A stretch of 24,000 bases of DNA. It comes from Shimwellia blattae DSM 4481 = NBRC 105725 (GTDB taxonomy: Bacteria; Pseudomonadota; Gammaproteobacteria; Enterobacterales; Enterobacteriaceae). A program made the position numbers and the translations under genes. Location of the stretch: NCBI RefSeq assembly GCF_000262305.1, contig NC_017910.1, forward strand, positions 1,481,422-1,505,421, given 5' to 3'. Below are positions 15,656 to 24,000 of this stretch, piece after piece. The number at the start of each line of letters is the position of its first letter. Position 1 is the first letter of the stretch. The notes beneath the pieces are model-generated. The model made no database searches. It was not told where the DNA came from and saw only the letters and a list, made by a program, of their open reading frames with translations.

Positions 15656-18600
15656 TTACTCGCTTATTGTCATGCTGTCGCTCTGGTGCCGCCTGCGGTG
15701 AAAACGCAGCCGCAGCCGGTCAAAAAATAAATAGACCACCGGGGTGGTGTACAGGGTCAGCAACTGGCTGACGATTAACCCGCCGGCAATGGTTATCCCC
15801 AGCGGCTGGCGTAATTCGGCGCCGTCACCGCTGGACAGCACCAGCGGCAGGGCGCCAAACAGCGCGGCGAGGGTGGTCATCATAATCGGGCGAAAGCGCA
15901 GCAGGCAGGCCTGAAAAATGGCCTTCTCCGGGGAGATATTGCCGTTGCGCTGAGCCTCAAGGGCGAAGTCCACCATCATAATGGCGTTTTTCTTAACGAT
16001 CCCGATAAGCAGCATGATCCCGATAAGCGCAATCAGGCTGAAAGGGGCATTAAACAGCTCCAGCGCAAGCAGGGCGCCCACCCCGCCAGAGGGCAGTGTC
16101 GAGAGGATAGTCAGCGGGTGAACATAGCTCTCATACAGGATCCCCAGCACGATATACACCGTGGCAATGGCCGCCAGGATCAGGATAACCTGGTCGTTCA
16201 TGGTCTGCTGAAACACCTGGGCGGTTCCGGCCCAGGAGCCGCGTACCGTACTGGGCACGCCAAGCTGGGTTACCGTGCGCTCAATGGCGCTGCTGGCCTG
16301 GGAAAGCGAGACCCCGGCAGGCAGGTTAAACGAAATGGTAGAGGCCGCAGAGAGCCCCTGGTGGTTAACCGAAAGGGGGGCATTGGCAGGCTGCCAGCTG
16401 GCGAAATACGAGAGCGGGACCGTTTTGCCCTCTTTGTTGATAACAAACATCTGCTGCAGGGCGCTGATATCCTGGGTGTAGCGCTCGTCTACCTCCATCA
16501 CCACATGGTACTGGTTCAGGGGCTGATAAATTGTCGACACCTGGCGCTGACCAAAGGCGTTATTCAGCAGGTTGTTGACGTCGGAAACGTCTATCCCCAG
16601 CCGGGCCATGGTTTCCCGGTCATAGGTCAGGTCCATTTCGGCGCCTTTGTCCTGCTGATCGGAGTTAACGTCGGCCAGCTGGGGGAGTTTTGCCAGCGCC
16701 TGGCGGATTTTAGGCTCCCAGGCGCGCAGATCGCTGAGATCGTCAGAGAGCAGCGTGTACTGGTAGCTGGCGCTGGACTGGCGGCCGCCTACCCGGATAT
16801 CCTGCACCGCCATCAGAAACAGGCTGGCGCCCGGCTCGTTGGCCAGCTTACCGCGCAGCCGGTCGATAACCTGCTGTGCCGAGTCCTGGCGCTCGCTCAG
16901 CGGTTTGAGGGTGATAAACATCATGCCGCTGTTCACCCGGGAGCCGCCGGTAAAACCGGTGACGTTGTCCACGTCTTTATCGGTGCGGATAATCTGCATA
17001 AAGTCCTGTAATTTCCCGCGCATCGCCTGGAAAGAGATACTCTGGTCCGCCTGAATGCTGCCCATAATAACGCCGGTGTCCTGCTCCGGGAAGAAGGTCT
17101 TCGGCACGTTGATATACAGCCAGATATTAAGCGCGATGGTCGCCAGCAGCACGCAGCCGGTCAGGCGGGTGTGGTTCAGCACCCACTTCAGGGAGAGGGC
17201 ATAGCGCATCTGCAGGTTGACCAGCAGGCGGCCGAAGCCTTTTTTGCGCGCCCGGCGGTTTTTTTCGGCTTTCAGCATCCAGCCGCACATCATCGGGGTC
17301 AGCGTCAGGGAGACGACCAGCGAAATGGCAATAGCGACCGTGAGCGTAACGGAAAACTCCCGGAACAGCCGCCCGGGCAGGCCGCTCATCAGCAGCAGCG
17401 GTAAAAAGACCGCCACCAGCGAAACACTCATCGACAATACGGTAAAGCCCACCTCCCGGACCCCCTGGAGCGCGGCCTGGAGCGGCTTAACGCCAGATTC
17501 CAGATGGCGGGCGATATTCTCCAGCACCACGATGGCGTCATCCACCACAAAGCCGGTGGCGATGGTCAGCGCCATCAGCGACAGGTTATTCAGGCTGTAG
17601 CCACACAGGTACATGGCGGCGAAGGTGCCAATCAGCGACACCGGCACGGCCACGGCGGGGATAAACGTCGCCCGGCCGGAGCGTAAAAACAGAAAAACCA
17701 CCAGGATAACCAGCGCCACTGACATCACCATGCTCTGCTCGACCTCATGCAGGGAGGCGCGGATCGTCGGGGAGCGATCCTGGGCGATTTGCAAGTCCAC
17801 CGAGGCGGGGATCTGGTCGCGAAGATCCGGCAGTTTCGCGCGGATCCGGTCAACCGTTTCGATGATGTTGGCCTCCGCCGATTTACGGATCATCAGCAAA
17901 ATGGCCGGTTTCGCGTTGGTCATCCCGGCGGTGCGGGTATTTTCCACCGAGTCGGTAATGGTGGCCACATCGCTCAGGTGAACGGCGGCCCCGTTGTTGT
18001 AGTGGATAATCAGCGGTTGATATTCCGCGGCGGTTTTCAGCTCGTCGTTGGTCTGTAACTGCCAGCGCTGATCGCCGTTTTCTACTGCCCCCTGGGGGCG
18101 GCGCACGTTGGCCTTGTTGATGGCGTCGCGCACGTCATCCAGCGCGACGCCCTGGTTAAACAACGCCTGGGGGTTGAGGGCCACCCGCACGGCGGGCAGG
18201 GAGCTGCCGCCCACGTCCACATCACCCACACCGTCCAGCTGGGCAATGGTCTGGGCCAGCTTTGTGGAGGCCACATCATACAACTGCCCCTGGCTGAGGG
18301 TGTCTGAGGTGAGGGTCAGGATCATCACCGGCATGTCTGACGGGTTAGCCTTGCGGTAGGTGGGGCGGCTTGGCATGCCGCTGGGCAGCAGGCTCTGGGC
18401 GGCGTTGATCGCTGCCTGAACATCGCGCGCGGCCCCGTTAATATCGCGGTTAAAATCGAACACCAGAATAATGCGCGTACTGCCAAGGGAGCTTGAGGAG
18501 GTCATCTCAGTGACCCCGGCAACCCGGCCAAGGGCCCGCTCCAGCGGTGTTGCCACTGAAGAGGCCATGGTCTCCGGCGAGGCGCCCGGCAGTGAGGCGC

Positions 18601-18742
18601 TTATCATAATCACCGGAAAATCCACCTGGGGCAGGGGGGCGACCGGCAGCATTTTCAGCCCCAGCAGGCCACACAGGGTGACCGCGATGCTCAGCAAAAT
18701 GGTGGCGACCGGCCGGTGAATAAACAGGGCAAAGAGATTCAT
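15656..18742 (-). CDS. mdtC: MdtC, RND multidrug efflux permease subunit
   Basis: 1028 aa RND protein ([17 protein letters not shown]...). It is the second RND gene of the operon. Confidence 0.95.
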   Translation of the reverse strand: MNLFALFIHRPVATILLSIAVTLCGLLGLKMLPVAPLPQVDFPVIMISASLPGASPETMASSVATPLERALGRVAGVTEMTSSSSLGSTRIILVFDFNRDINGAARDVQAAINAAQSLLPSGMPSRPTYRKANPSDMPVMILTLTSDTLSQGQLYDVASTKLAQTIAQLDGVGDVDVGGSSLPAVRVALNPQALFNQGVALDDVRDAINKANVRRPQGAVENGDQRWQLQTNDELKTAAEYQPLIIHYNNGAAVHLSDVATITDSVENTRTAGMTNAKPAILLMIRKSAEANIIETVDRIRAKLPDLRDQIPASVDLQIAQDRSPTIRASLHEVEQSMVMSVALVILVVFLFLRSGRATFIPAVAVPVSLIGTFAAMYLCGYSLNNLSLMALTIATGFVVDDAIVVLENIARHLESGVKPLQAALQGVREVGFTVLSMSVSLVAVFLPLLLMSGLPGRLFREFSVTLTVAIAISLVVSLTLTPMMCGWMLKAEKNRRARKKGFGRLLVNLQMRYALSLKWVLNHTRLTGCVLLATIALNIWLYINVPKTFFPEQDTGVIMGSIQADQSISFQAMRGKLQDFMQIIRTDKDVDNVTGFTGGSRVNSGMMFITLKPLSERQDSAQQVIDRLRGKLANEPGASLFLMAVQDIRVGGRQSSASYQYTLLSDDLSDLRAWEPKIRQALAKLPQLADVNSDQQDKGAEMDLTYDRETMARLGIDVSDVNNLLNNAFGQRQVSTIYQPLNQYHVVMEVDERYTQDISALQQMFVINKEGKTVPLSYFASWQPANAPLSVNHQGLSAASTISFNLPAGVSLSQASSAIERTVTQLGVPSTVRGSWAGTAQVFQQTMNDQVILILAAIATVYIVLGILYESYVHPLTILSTLPSGGVGALLALELFNAPFSLIALIGIMLLIGIVKKNAIMMVDFALEAQRNGNISPEKAIFQACLLRFRPIMMTTLAALFGALPLVLSSGDGAELRQPLGITIAGGLIVSQLLTLYTTPVVYLFFDRLRLRFHRRRHQSDSMTISE

Positions 18743-21700
18743 TTACGCCTCCTCACGGGGGCGGCCTGCGCGCTGGCGCACGCGGATAGCCAGGCTGTCG
18801 AACAGCAGATAGATAACCGGCGTGGTGAACAGTGTCAGCACCTGGCTGACCATCAGCCCACCCACCATGCCTATCCCCAGCGGGCGGCGCAGCTCGGCCC
18901 CGACCCCGGTGCTCAGCATCAGCGGCAGGGCACCCAGCAGGGCGGCAAGGGTGGTCATCAGGATCGGGCGAAAACGCAGTAAACAGGCCTGATAGATGGC
19001 CTCCCGGGGGGGCATGCCCTGCTCACGCTCGGCGGCGAGGGCAAAGTCTATCATCATGATGGCGTTTTTCTTGACGATACCGATAAGCAAAATAATCCCG
19101 ATAATCGCGATAACGTCCAGCTCGCTGCCCGCCAGCATCAGCGACAGCAGTGCACCAACACCGGCGGTGGGCAGGGTAGAGAGGATAGTGATCGGGTGGA
19201 TAAAGCTCTCATACAGCACCCCCAGCACGATATACATGGCAACAATGGCCGCCACAATCAGCCACACGGTGCTGCCCAGCGCCGCCTGGAAGGCCAGCGA
19301 GCTGCCCTGGAAGCGGGTAGTAATATCTACCGGCAGATCGAGCGCTTTTTCAGCGGCGGTAATGGCCTTAACCGCATCCCCCAGTGAGTAGTTATCCGGT
19401 ACGTTAAACGAGATAGTGGCGGCGGGGAACTGGTCCAGATGGTTGATGGTCAGCGGCCCGAAGCGCTGTTCAACCCGGGCAATGCTGCCCAGCGGAATGG
19501 CATTACCGTCGCTGCTGGTCAGGCGGATATTATTCAGCGCATCAAGCCCCGGGGTGGTACTGGTATCGTGACCAAGAACCACGCGATACTGGTTCGCCTG
19601 GGTATAGATAGTGGAGATCAGCCGCTGACCAAAGGCGTTATACAGGGCGTTATCGATATCCGCCATGCTGATCCCAAGGCGGCTGGCGCTGGCCCGGTCC
19701 ACATTGATATAGCCCACCAGCCCTTTGTCCTGCCAGTCGCTGCTGACATCCGCCAGCTGGGGCAGGGTACTGAGCTGCGCCACCAGTTTCGGCACCCACA
19801 GGCTCAGCTCATCAAGGGAGGTGGCCTGCAGGGTGAACTGGTACTGGGTGCGGCTGACCTGGGTATCGATGGTCAGATCCTGGGTCGGCTGCAGGTACAG
19901 CTGCGCCCCCGGGAGCCCGGCAGTGTTTTTCTGCAGGCGCTCAATCACCGCGGCAACCCGGTCTTCACGCTGGGCCAGCGGCTTGAGCATGATTTGCAGA
20001 CGCCCGGTATTCAGGGCCGGGTTGGTGCCGTCAACGCCGATAAACGATGTCAGACTTTCAACGGCCGGATCGCGCATAATGATCTCTGCCGCCTGCTGCT
20101 GGCGCCGGGCCATACTGGAAAACGACACCGACTGGGGCGCCTGCAGGGTGCCCTGGATAATGCCGTTATCCTGCACCGGGAAGAAGCCTTTGGGGATAAT
20201 CACCCACAGGATAACCGTCAGCACCAGGGTGCCGGTTGCCACGCCCAGGGTGAGCCACGGGTGGTTCAGTACCCGGCGCAGCCCGTGGCCGTAGTATTCA
20301 ATAACCCGCTCGAAGATGCGCTCGCAGGCCCGGGAAAAACGGTTCTGTTTACGCAGGGATGCATGGCTGAGCATCCGGGCGCACATCATGGGGGTCAGCG
20401 TCAGGGAGACGATGGCGGAGATAAGGATCGCCACCGCCAGGGTCACGGCAAACTCCCGGAACAGGCGGCCAACAATATCCCCCATAAACAGCAGCGGGAT
20501 CAGTACCGCAATCAGGGAGAGGGTCAGGGAGATAATCGTAAAGCCGATTTCGCCTGCTCCCTTAAGGGCGGCCTGGAGCGGTTTTTCGCCTTTTTCGATA
20601 TAGCGCGAGATGTTCTCGATAACCACGATGGCGTCATCCACCACAAACCCGGTGGCGATGGTCAGGGCCATCAGCGTCAGGTTATTGATGGAGAAATCCA
20701 GAAACACCATGGCTGCGAAGGTGCCCACCAGGGAGAGCGGCACGGCAACCGCCGGAATAATGGTGGCCGGGACATTGCGCAAAAACAGGTAAATGATCAT
20801 CACCACCAGGGCGATAGCCAGCATCAGCTCGTGCTGGGTATCGCTGACGGAGGCGCGGATATTGCTGGTGCGATCCGCCAGCAGCTGCACATCAACCGAT
20901 TTCGGCAGGCTGGCGGTCAGGGCCGGGAGCATGGCGCGGATACTGTCGGCGGTGTTAATAATATTGGCCCCGGGCTGGCGCTGCACATTCAGCACGATGG
21001 CCGGTTTTTTGTTGGCCCAGGCGCTCAGCCAGCTATTTTCCGCCCCCTGTTCAACGGTAGCCACATCCCCCAGGCGCACCGGTGCGCCGTTCTGGTAGGC
21101 TACCACCAGGTCGCGGTACTCCCCGGCGGATTTCATCTGGTCGTTGGCTGACAGGGTGATAGCCCGGTCCGGCCCGTCAAGGCTCCCTTTGGCCGAGTTT
21201 ACGTTGGCATTGCTGATGGCGGTGCGGATCTGCTCACTGGTGAGCCCAAGGGCGGCGATGGCCGGGGCATTAAGATTCACCCGTACTGCCGGGCGCTGGC
21301 CCCCGGATAAGGTAACCAGACCCACCCCGGAAACCTGGGAGATTTTCTGGGCTATCCGGGTTTCGACCATATCTTCAACCTGGGTCATCGGCAGGGCGCT
21401 GGAGGTGACCGCCAGGGTCATAATGGGTGGATCTGCCGGGTTAACCTTGCTGTAGACCGGCGGGTTTGGCAGGTCGGTGGGCAGCAGGTTGGTGGCGGCG
21501 TTAATCGCGGCCTGCACTTCCTGCTCGGCAATATCCAGCGACAGGGCAATATCAAACTGCAGTGTCACCACGGAGGCGCCGCCCGCACTGCTGGAGGACA
21601 TTTGCTTCAGGCCGGACATCTGGCCGAACTGGCGCTCCAGCGGGGCGGTAATGGCGGAGGTAGTCACATCCGGGCTGGCCCCCGGGTAGAGGGTCACCAC

Positions 21701-21865
21701 CTGGATGGTCGGGTAGTCCACTTCCGGCAGGGCGGAAATGGGCAAAAACCGGTAACCGACAATACCGGCCAGTAAAATGGCCAGCATCAGCAGGGTGGTG
21801 GCAACGGGGCGCAGAATAAACAGCCGGGAGGGCCCGCCGGTAGCGCCGGGTGGAAGTACCTGCAT
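18743..21865 (-). CDS. mdtB: MdtB, RND multidrug efflux permease subunit
   Basis: 1040 aa RND protein ([24 protein letters not shown]...). The start overlaps the mdtA stop (ATGA), and the stop abuts the mdtC ATG (TAAATG). Confidence 0.95.
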   Translation of the reverse strand: MQVLPPGATGGPSRLFILRPVATTLLMLAILLAGIVGYRFLPISALPEVDYPTIQVVTLYPGASPDVTTSAITAPLERQFGQMSGLKQMSSSSAGGASVVTLQFDIALSLDIAEQEVQAAINAATNLLPTDLPNPPVYSKVNPADPPIMTLAVTSSALPMTQVEDMVETRIAQKISQVSGVGLVTLSGGQRPAVRVNLNAPAIAALGLTSEQIRTAISNANVNSAKGSLDGPDRAITLSANDQMKSAGEYRDLVVAYQNGAPVRLGDVATVEQGAENSWLSAWANKKPAIVLNVQRQPGANIINTADSIRAMLPALTASLPKSVDVQLLADRTSNIRASVSDTQHELMLAIALVVMIIYLFLRNVPATIIPAVAVPLSLVGTFAAMVFLDFSINNLTLMALTIATGFVVDDAIVVIENISRYIEKGEKPLQAALKGAGEIGFTIISLTLSLIAVLIPLLFMGDIVGRLFREFAVTLAVAILISAIVSLTLTPMMCARMLSHASLRKQNRFSRACERIFERVIEYYGHGLRRVLNHPWLTLGVATGTLVLTVILWVIIPKGFFPVQDNGIIQGTLQAPQSVSFSSMARRQQQAAEIIMRDPAVESLTSFIGVDGTNPALNTGRLQIMLKPLAQREDRVAAVIERLQKNTAGLPGAQLYLQPTQDLTIDTQVSRTQYQFTLQATSLDELSLWVPKLVAQLSTLPQLADVSSDWQDKGLVGYINVDRASASRLGISMADIDNALYNAFGQRLISTIYTQANQYRVVLGHDTSTTPGLDALNNIRLTSSDGNAIPLGSIARVEQRFGPLTINHLDQFPAATISFNVPDNYSLGDAVKAITAAEKALDLPVDITTRFQGSSLAFQAALGSTVWLIVAAIVAMYIVLGVLYESFIHPITILSTLPTAGVGALLSLMLAGSELDVIAIIGIILLIGIVKKNAIMMIDFALAAEREQGMPPREAIYQACLLRFRPILMTTLAALLGALPLMLSTGVGAELRRPLGIGMVGGLMVSQVLTLFTTPVIYLLFDSLAIRVRQRAGRPREEA

Positions 21866-23124
21866 CAGGAATGTGCCCCCTGCTGCTGAGCCCGGGGGTT
21901 ATCTGCCGGGGCCTGGGGGGAGCTGGCGTCGTGGGCGTCCACCACTTCCACTTTTGCCCCTTCAGTCAGGCGGTCGATACCGTCGGTGACCACCCGGGTG
22001 CCGGCAGAAATCCCGGCGGTGATCACCACTTTTTCGCTGTCCTGAATACCAATGGTCACCAGATGCTTGCTGACCTTGTTCTCGTCGTTCAGGGTCCAGA
22101 CAAAGTGCCCCTCGCTGCCCATTTGCAGCGCCGCAGAGGGGATAACCACCGCGTTTTGTTCGGTGTCTACCAGCAGCCGGGCGTTGACAAACTGGTTCGG
22201 GAATAGCGCGTCGTCCTGGTTGGTAAAGCGCGCCTTGAGTTTGATGGTGCCGGTGGTGGTGTCTATCTGGTTGTCGAGGCTGAGCAGGGCCCCGTCGCTG
22301 AGCTTCCGGGTGTTGGTCCGGTCCCAGGCTTCAACACTCAGGGCTTTGCCTGCTTTTTGCGCCTGTACAATGGTGGCGATGTTGCTCTCCGGCAGGGTAA
22401 AGACCAGATCAATCGGGTGGGTCTGGGTGAGCACCACAATACCTGTGGTATCACCGGTGGAGATCTGGTTACCGATATCGACCTGTTTCAGGCCAACCCG
22501 GCCCGCTATCGGGGCGGTGATGCGGCTCCATTCAAGCTGTAACCGGGCGCTGGCAACACTTGCCTGATCCGCTTTAATGGTGCCGAGGGTTTCGCTGACC
22601 AGTGCCTGCTGGGTGTCCAGCTCCTGGCGGGAAACCAGGTTGGTTTTTACCAGCTGCTGGTAGCGGGCCAGATCCCGGCGGGCGTTAGCCAGGGTGGCCT
22701 GATCTTTTGCCAGTTGCCCCTCGGCCTGGGCGAGGGCGACCTTAAACTGGCTTGGGTCGATTTCTGCCAGCAACTGCCCGGCTTTTACCTGCTGGCCTTC
22801 GGTGAAGTGAATGGCCATCAGCTGCCCGTCTACCCGGCTGCGCACGGTGACGGTATTCGCCGCGGTTACCGTTCCCAGGCCGGTTAAGTAACGGGGGACG
22901 GCCTGGCTGGTAGCGGTTGCCGCCTGAACCGGTGCCAGAGGCCCACTGTGACGGCCACCGCGCTTGCCGCCGGCTCCCGGGCGCGACTGGCCGCTGGTCT
23001 GGCTTTTTGCTGTGCTACCGGCATCCGGCGCTGATGAGTGGTTGCGCCAGAAAAGCAGTGCAGCAATCACAATGACAGCGATGCTGCCAGGCCAGATCCA
23101 ACGGGAGTGCTTTGAGCCTTTCAT
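21865..23124 (-). CDS. mdtA: MdtA, periplasmic adaptor (membrane fusion protein)
   Basis: 419 aa. [39 protein letters not shown] and the remainder are collinear with E. coli MdtA. Confidence 0.95.
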   Translation of the reverse strand: MKGSKHSRWIWPGSIAVIVIAALLFWRNHSSAPDAGSTAKSQTSGQSRPGAGGKRGGRHSGPLAPVQAATATSQAVPRYLTGLGTVTAANTVTVRSRVDGQLMAIHFTEGQQVKAGQLLAEIDPSQFKVALAQAEGQLAKDQATLANARRDLARYQQLVKTNLVSRQELDTQQALVSETLGTIKADQASVASARLQLEWSRITAPIAGRVGLKQVDIGNQISTGDTTGIVVLTQTHPIDLVFTLPESNIATIVQAQKAGKALSVEAWDRTNTRKLSDGALLSLDNQIDTTTGTIKLKARFTNQDDALFPNQFVNARLLVDTEQNAVVIPSAALQMGSEGHFVWTLNDENKVSKHLVTIGIQDSEKVVITAGISAGTRVVTDGIDRLTEGAKVEVVDAHDASSPQAPADNPRAQQQGAHS

Positions 23125-23192
23125 AAGTGGTGTCGTTCTCTTCCTGGAATCATATTTCGGGGCGTGATGATACTAGTTTAGCCAGTGGCCTG

Positions 23193-23219
23193 CGCCGAAA
23201 AATGGAGGAAATATGGAAG
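23193..23219 (-). promoter_or_regulatory. Candidate BaeR box in the mdtA promoter
   Basis: The minus strand reads CTTCCATATTTCCTCCATTTTTCGGCG. It imperfectly resembles the published BaeR motif TTTTTCTCCATDATTGGC (recalled from memory) and contains the tandem repeat TTCCAT / CTCCAT. It lies about 70-95 nt upstream of the mdtA ATG. Confidence 0.4.
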
Positions 23220-23285
23220 CGGGTTCAGAAGTGGGGGATTATGGCGTTTTTCTGCACAATAGCGGCTGTTTTTCGGAATATACTG

Positions 23286-23308
23286 CCCCGCAAGCCATGG
23301 CTGCGGGG
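23286..23308 (-). terminator. Hairpin downstream of yegD (weak terminator candidate)
   Basis: ccccgca...tgcgggg forms a 7-bp stem around the internal palindrome gccatggc, 8 nt after the yegD stop. There is no clear U-tract. Confidence 0.3.
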
Positions 23309-23315
23309 CGATACC

Positions 23316-24000
23316 TCAGTCGCGAAAGACCACCCCTGCCCAGCGGGCAAGGCCCGCGGTGACGGAGCCGAAATCGTCCCCGCCCATAACCGGCAGGCCC
23401 GGCAGCAGGGTGCTGAGCGCCTGGCGAATCAGCGGTGAGCGGGCACTGCCCCCGGTCAGGTAGATGACATCCGGCTTTTCGTGGCTGGCCTCAAGGGTCA
23501 GGGTCACTTGCTCCAGAATGCGCTGTAGCGGCTGCTCTACGGCGGCGTTGAGATCGCTCTGGCGCAGCAGGGTGTGCAGGCTGTCGCGCACAAAATCCAG
23601 ATCCACCTGGTATTCCGCCTGGCCGGAGAGGGCAATTTTGCTCTCTTCGGCACTGCGCACCAGGCGATAGCTCAGGCGCTGGCGCCAGACTTTTTGCAGC
23701 AGGGCGACCAGGTCCGGCTGGCGGGCGTCACGCACCAGATCCGCCAGCTGCCTGCCGGTGGCGGTGCTGTAAAAATCACTCTGGGCCGGTACGTCGTTAA
23801 TGGCGACCGCATTCCACCAGGGCAGGATAGGCAGGGCGGTGCCTTTTTCGGTTTGCCCGCCCATGCCCAGCAGCGGCATTAACTGGCGAAAGGCGAGCAT
23901 AATATCCAGATCGTTACCGCCAACACGGCAACCGCTGTGGCCCAGCAGGCTTGCCTGGCGCTCCCGCTTGTTTTGCCACCGGGGGCCCATCAGCAGTAAG
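23316..24000 (-). CDS. yegD: YegD, Hsp70/actin-fold chaperone-like protein, C-terminal part; the 5' end lies outside the window
   Basis: The frame stays open to the window edge. The C-terminus ...VIYLTGGSARSPLIRQAL...GGDDFGSVTAGLARWA is the Hsp70-like ATPase tail of YegD. Confidence 0.85.
   Translation of the reverse strand, partial: LLLMGPRWQNKRERQASLLGHSGCRVGGNDLDIMLAFRQLMPLLGMGGQTEKGTALPILPWWNAVAINDVPAQSDFYSTATGRQLADLVRDARQPDLVALLQKVWRQRLSYRLVRSAEESKIALSGQAEYQVDLDFVRDSLHTLLRQSDLNAAVEQPLQRILEQVTLTLEASHEKPDVIYLTGGSARSPLIRQALSTLLPGLPVMGGDDFGSVTAGLARWAGVVFRD

Noticed and set aside
19439-21151. Very long plus-strand ORFs antisense to mdtB and mdtC (570 aa at 19439-21151, 297 aa at 16118-17011, and many shorter ones).
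   Set aside because: These are shadow ORFs, typical of high-GC genes with GC-rich third positions. Their translations are Gly/Arg/His/Gln-rich and low in complexity. The opposite strand encodes full-length, recognisable RND proteins.
1-24000. Searched for CRISPR arrays, tRNA/rRNA genes, IS elements, integrases and phage genes.
   Set aside because: I found no regularly spaced short repeats, no cloverleaf-like or rRNA-like segments, and no ORF with transposase or integrase motifs. The only repeats found are the R and D duplications and the 21-bp relBE flanks.

Overview
The window is an enterobacterial chromosome segment with a core GC of about 60% by eye; I cannot assign a species. All protein identifications rest on my memory of E. 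coli and Salmonella sequences, and no database search was run.

Core genes, left to right:
- The 3' end of the arn lipid A modification operon (arnT', arnE, arnF).
- A convergent secreted Asn/Gly-rich repeat protein.
- A TPP riboswitch followed by thiM and thiD.
- fbaB.
- The CyaR sRNA with a class II CRP site.
- yegQ (trhP).
- The complete mdtABCD-baeSR efflux and two-component operon on the minus strand.
- The 3' part of yegD.

Accessory insertion 1 (about 2636-6600): an AT-rich island holding an orphan T6SS auxiliary module on the minus strand.
- The genes are tightly coupled: a Tlde1-like (DUF2778) effector, a small membrane immunity candidate, hcp, a small glycine-zipper ORF, and a 140-aa two-TM immunity-like protein.
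- Next to it is a second, stripped-down copy. It keeps a roughly 94% identical copy of the 235-bp upstream region.
- In that copy, the tlde1 start is fused in frame to the last ~9 codons of the glycine-zipper gene. The resulting 13-codon scar ORF still overlaps the ATG of a paralogous immunity gene.
- I think the most novel candidate is the glycine-zipper protein with its two-TM partner, together with the orphan immunity cassette.

Accessory insertion 2 (11377-12124): a lower-GC relBE toxin-antitoxin cassette flanked by 21-bp direct repeats that include the baeR stop codon.

I saw no CRISPR array, tRNA, rRNA, transposase or integrase.
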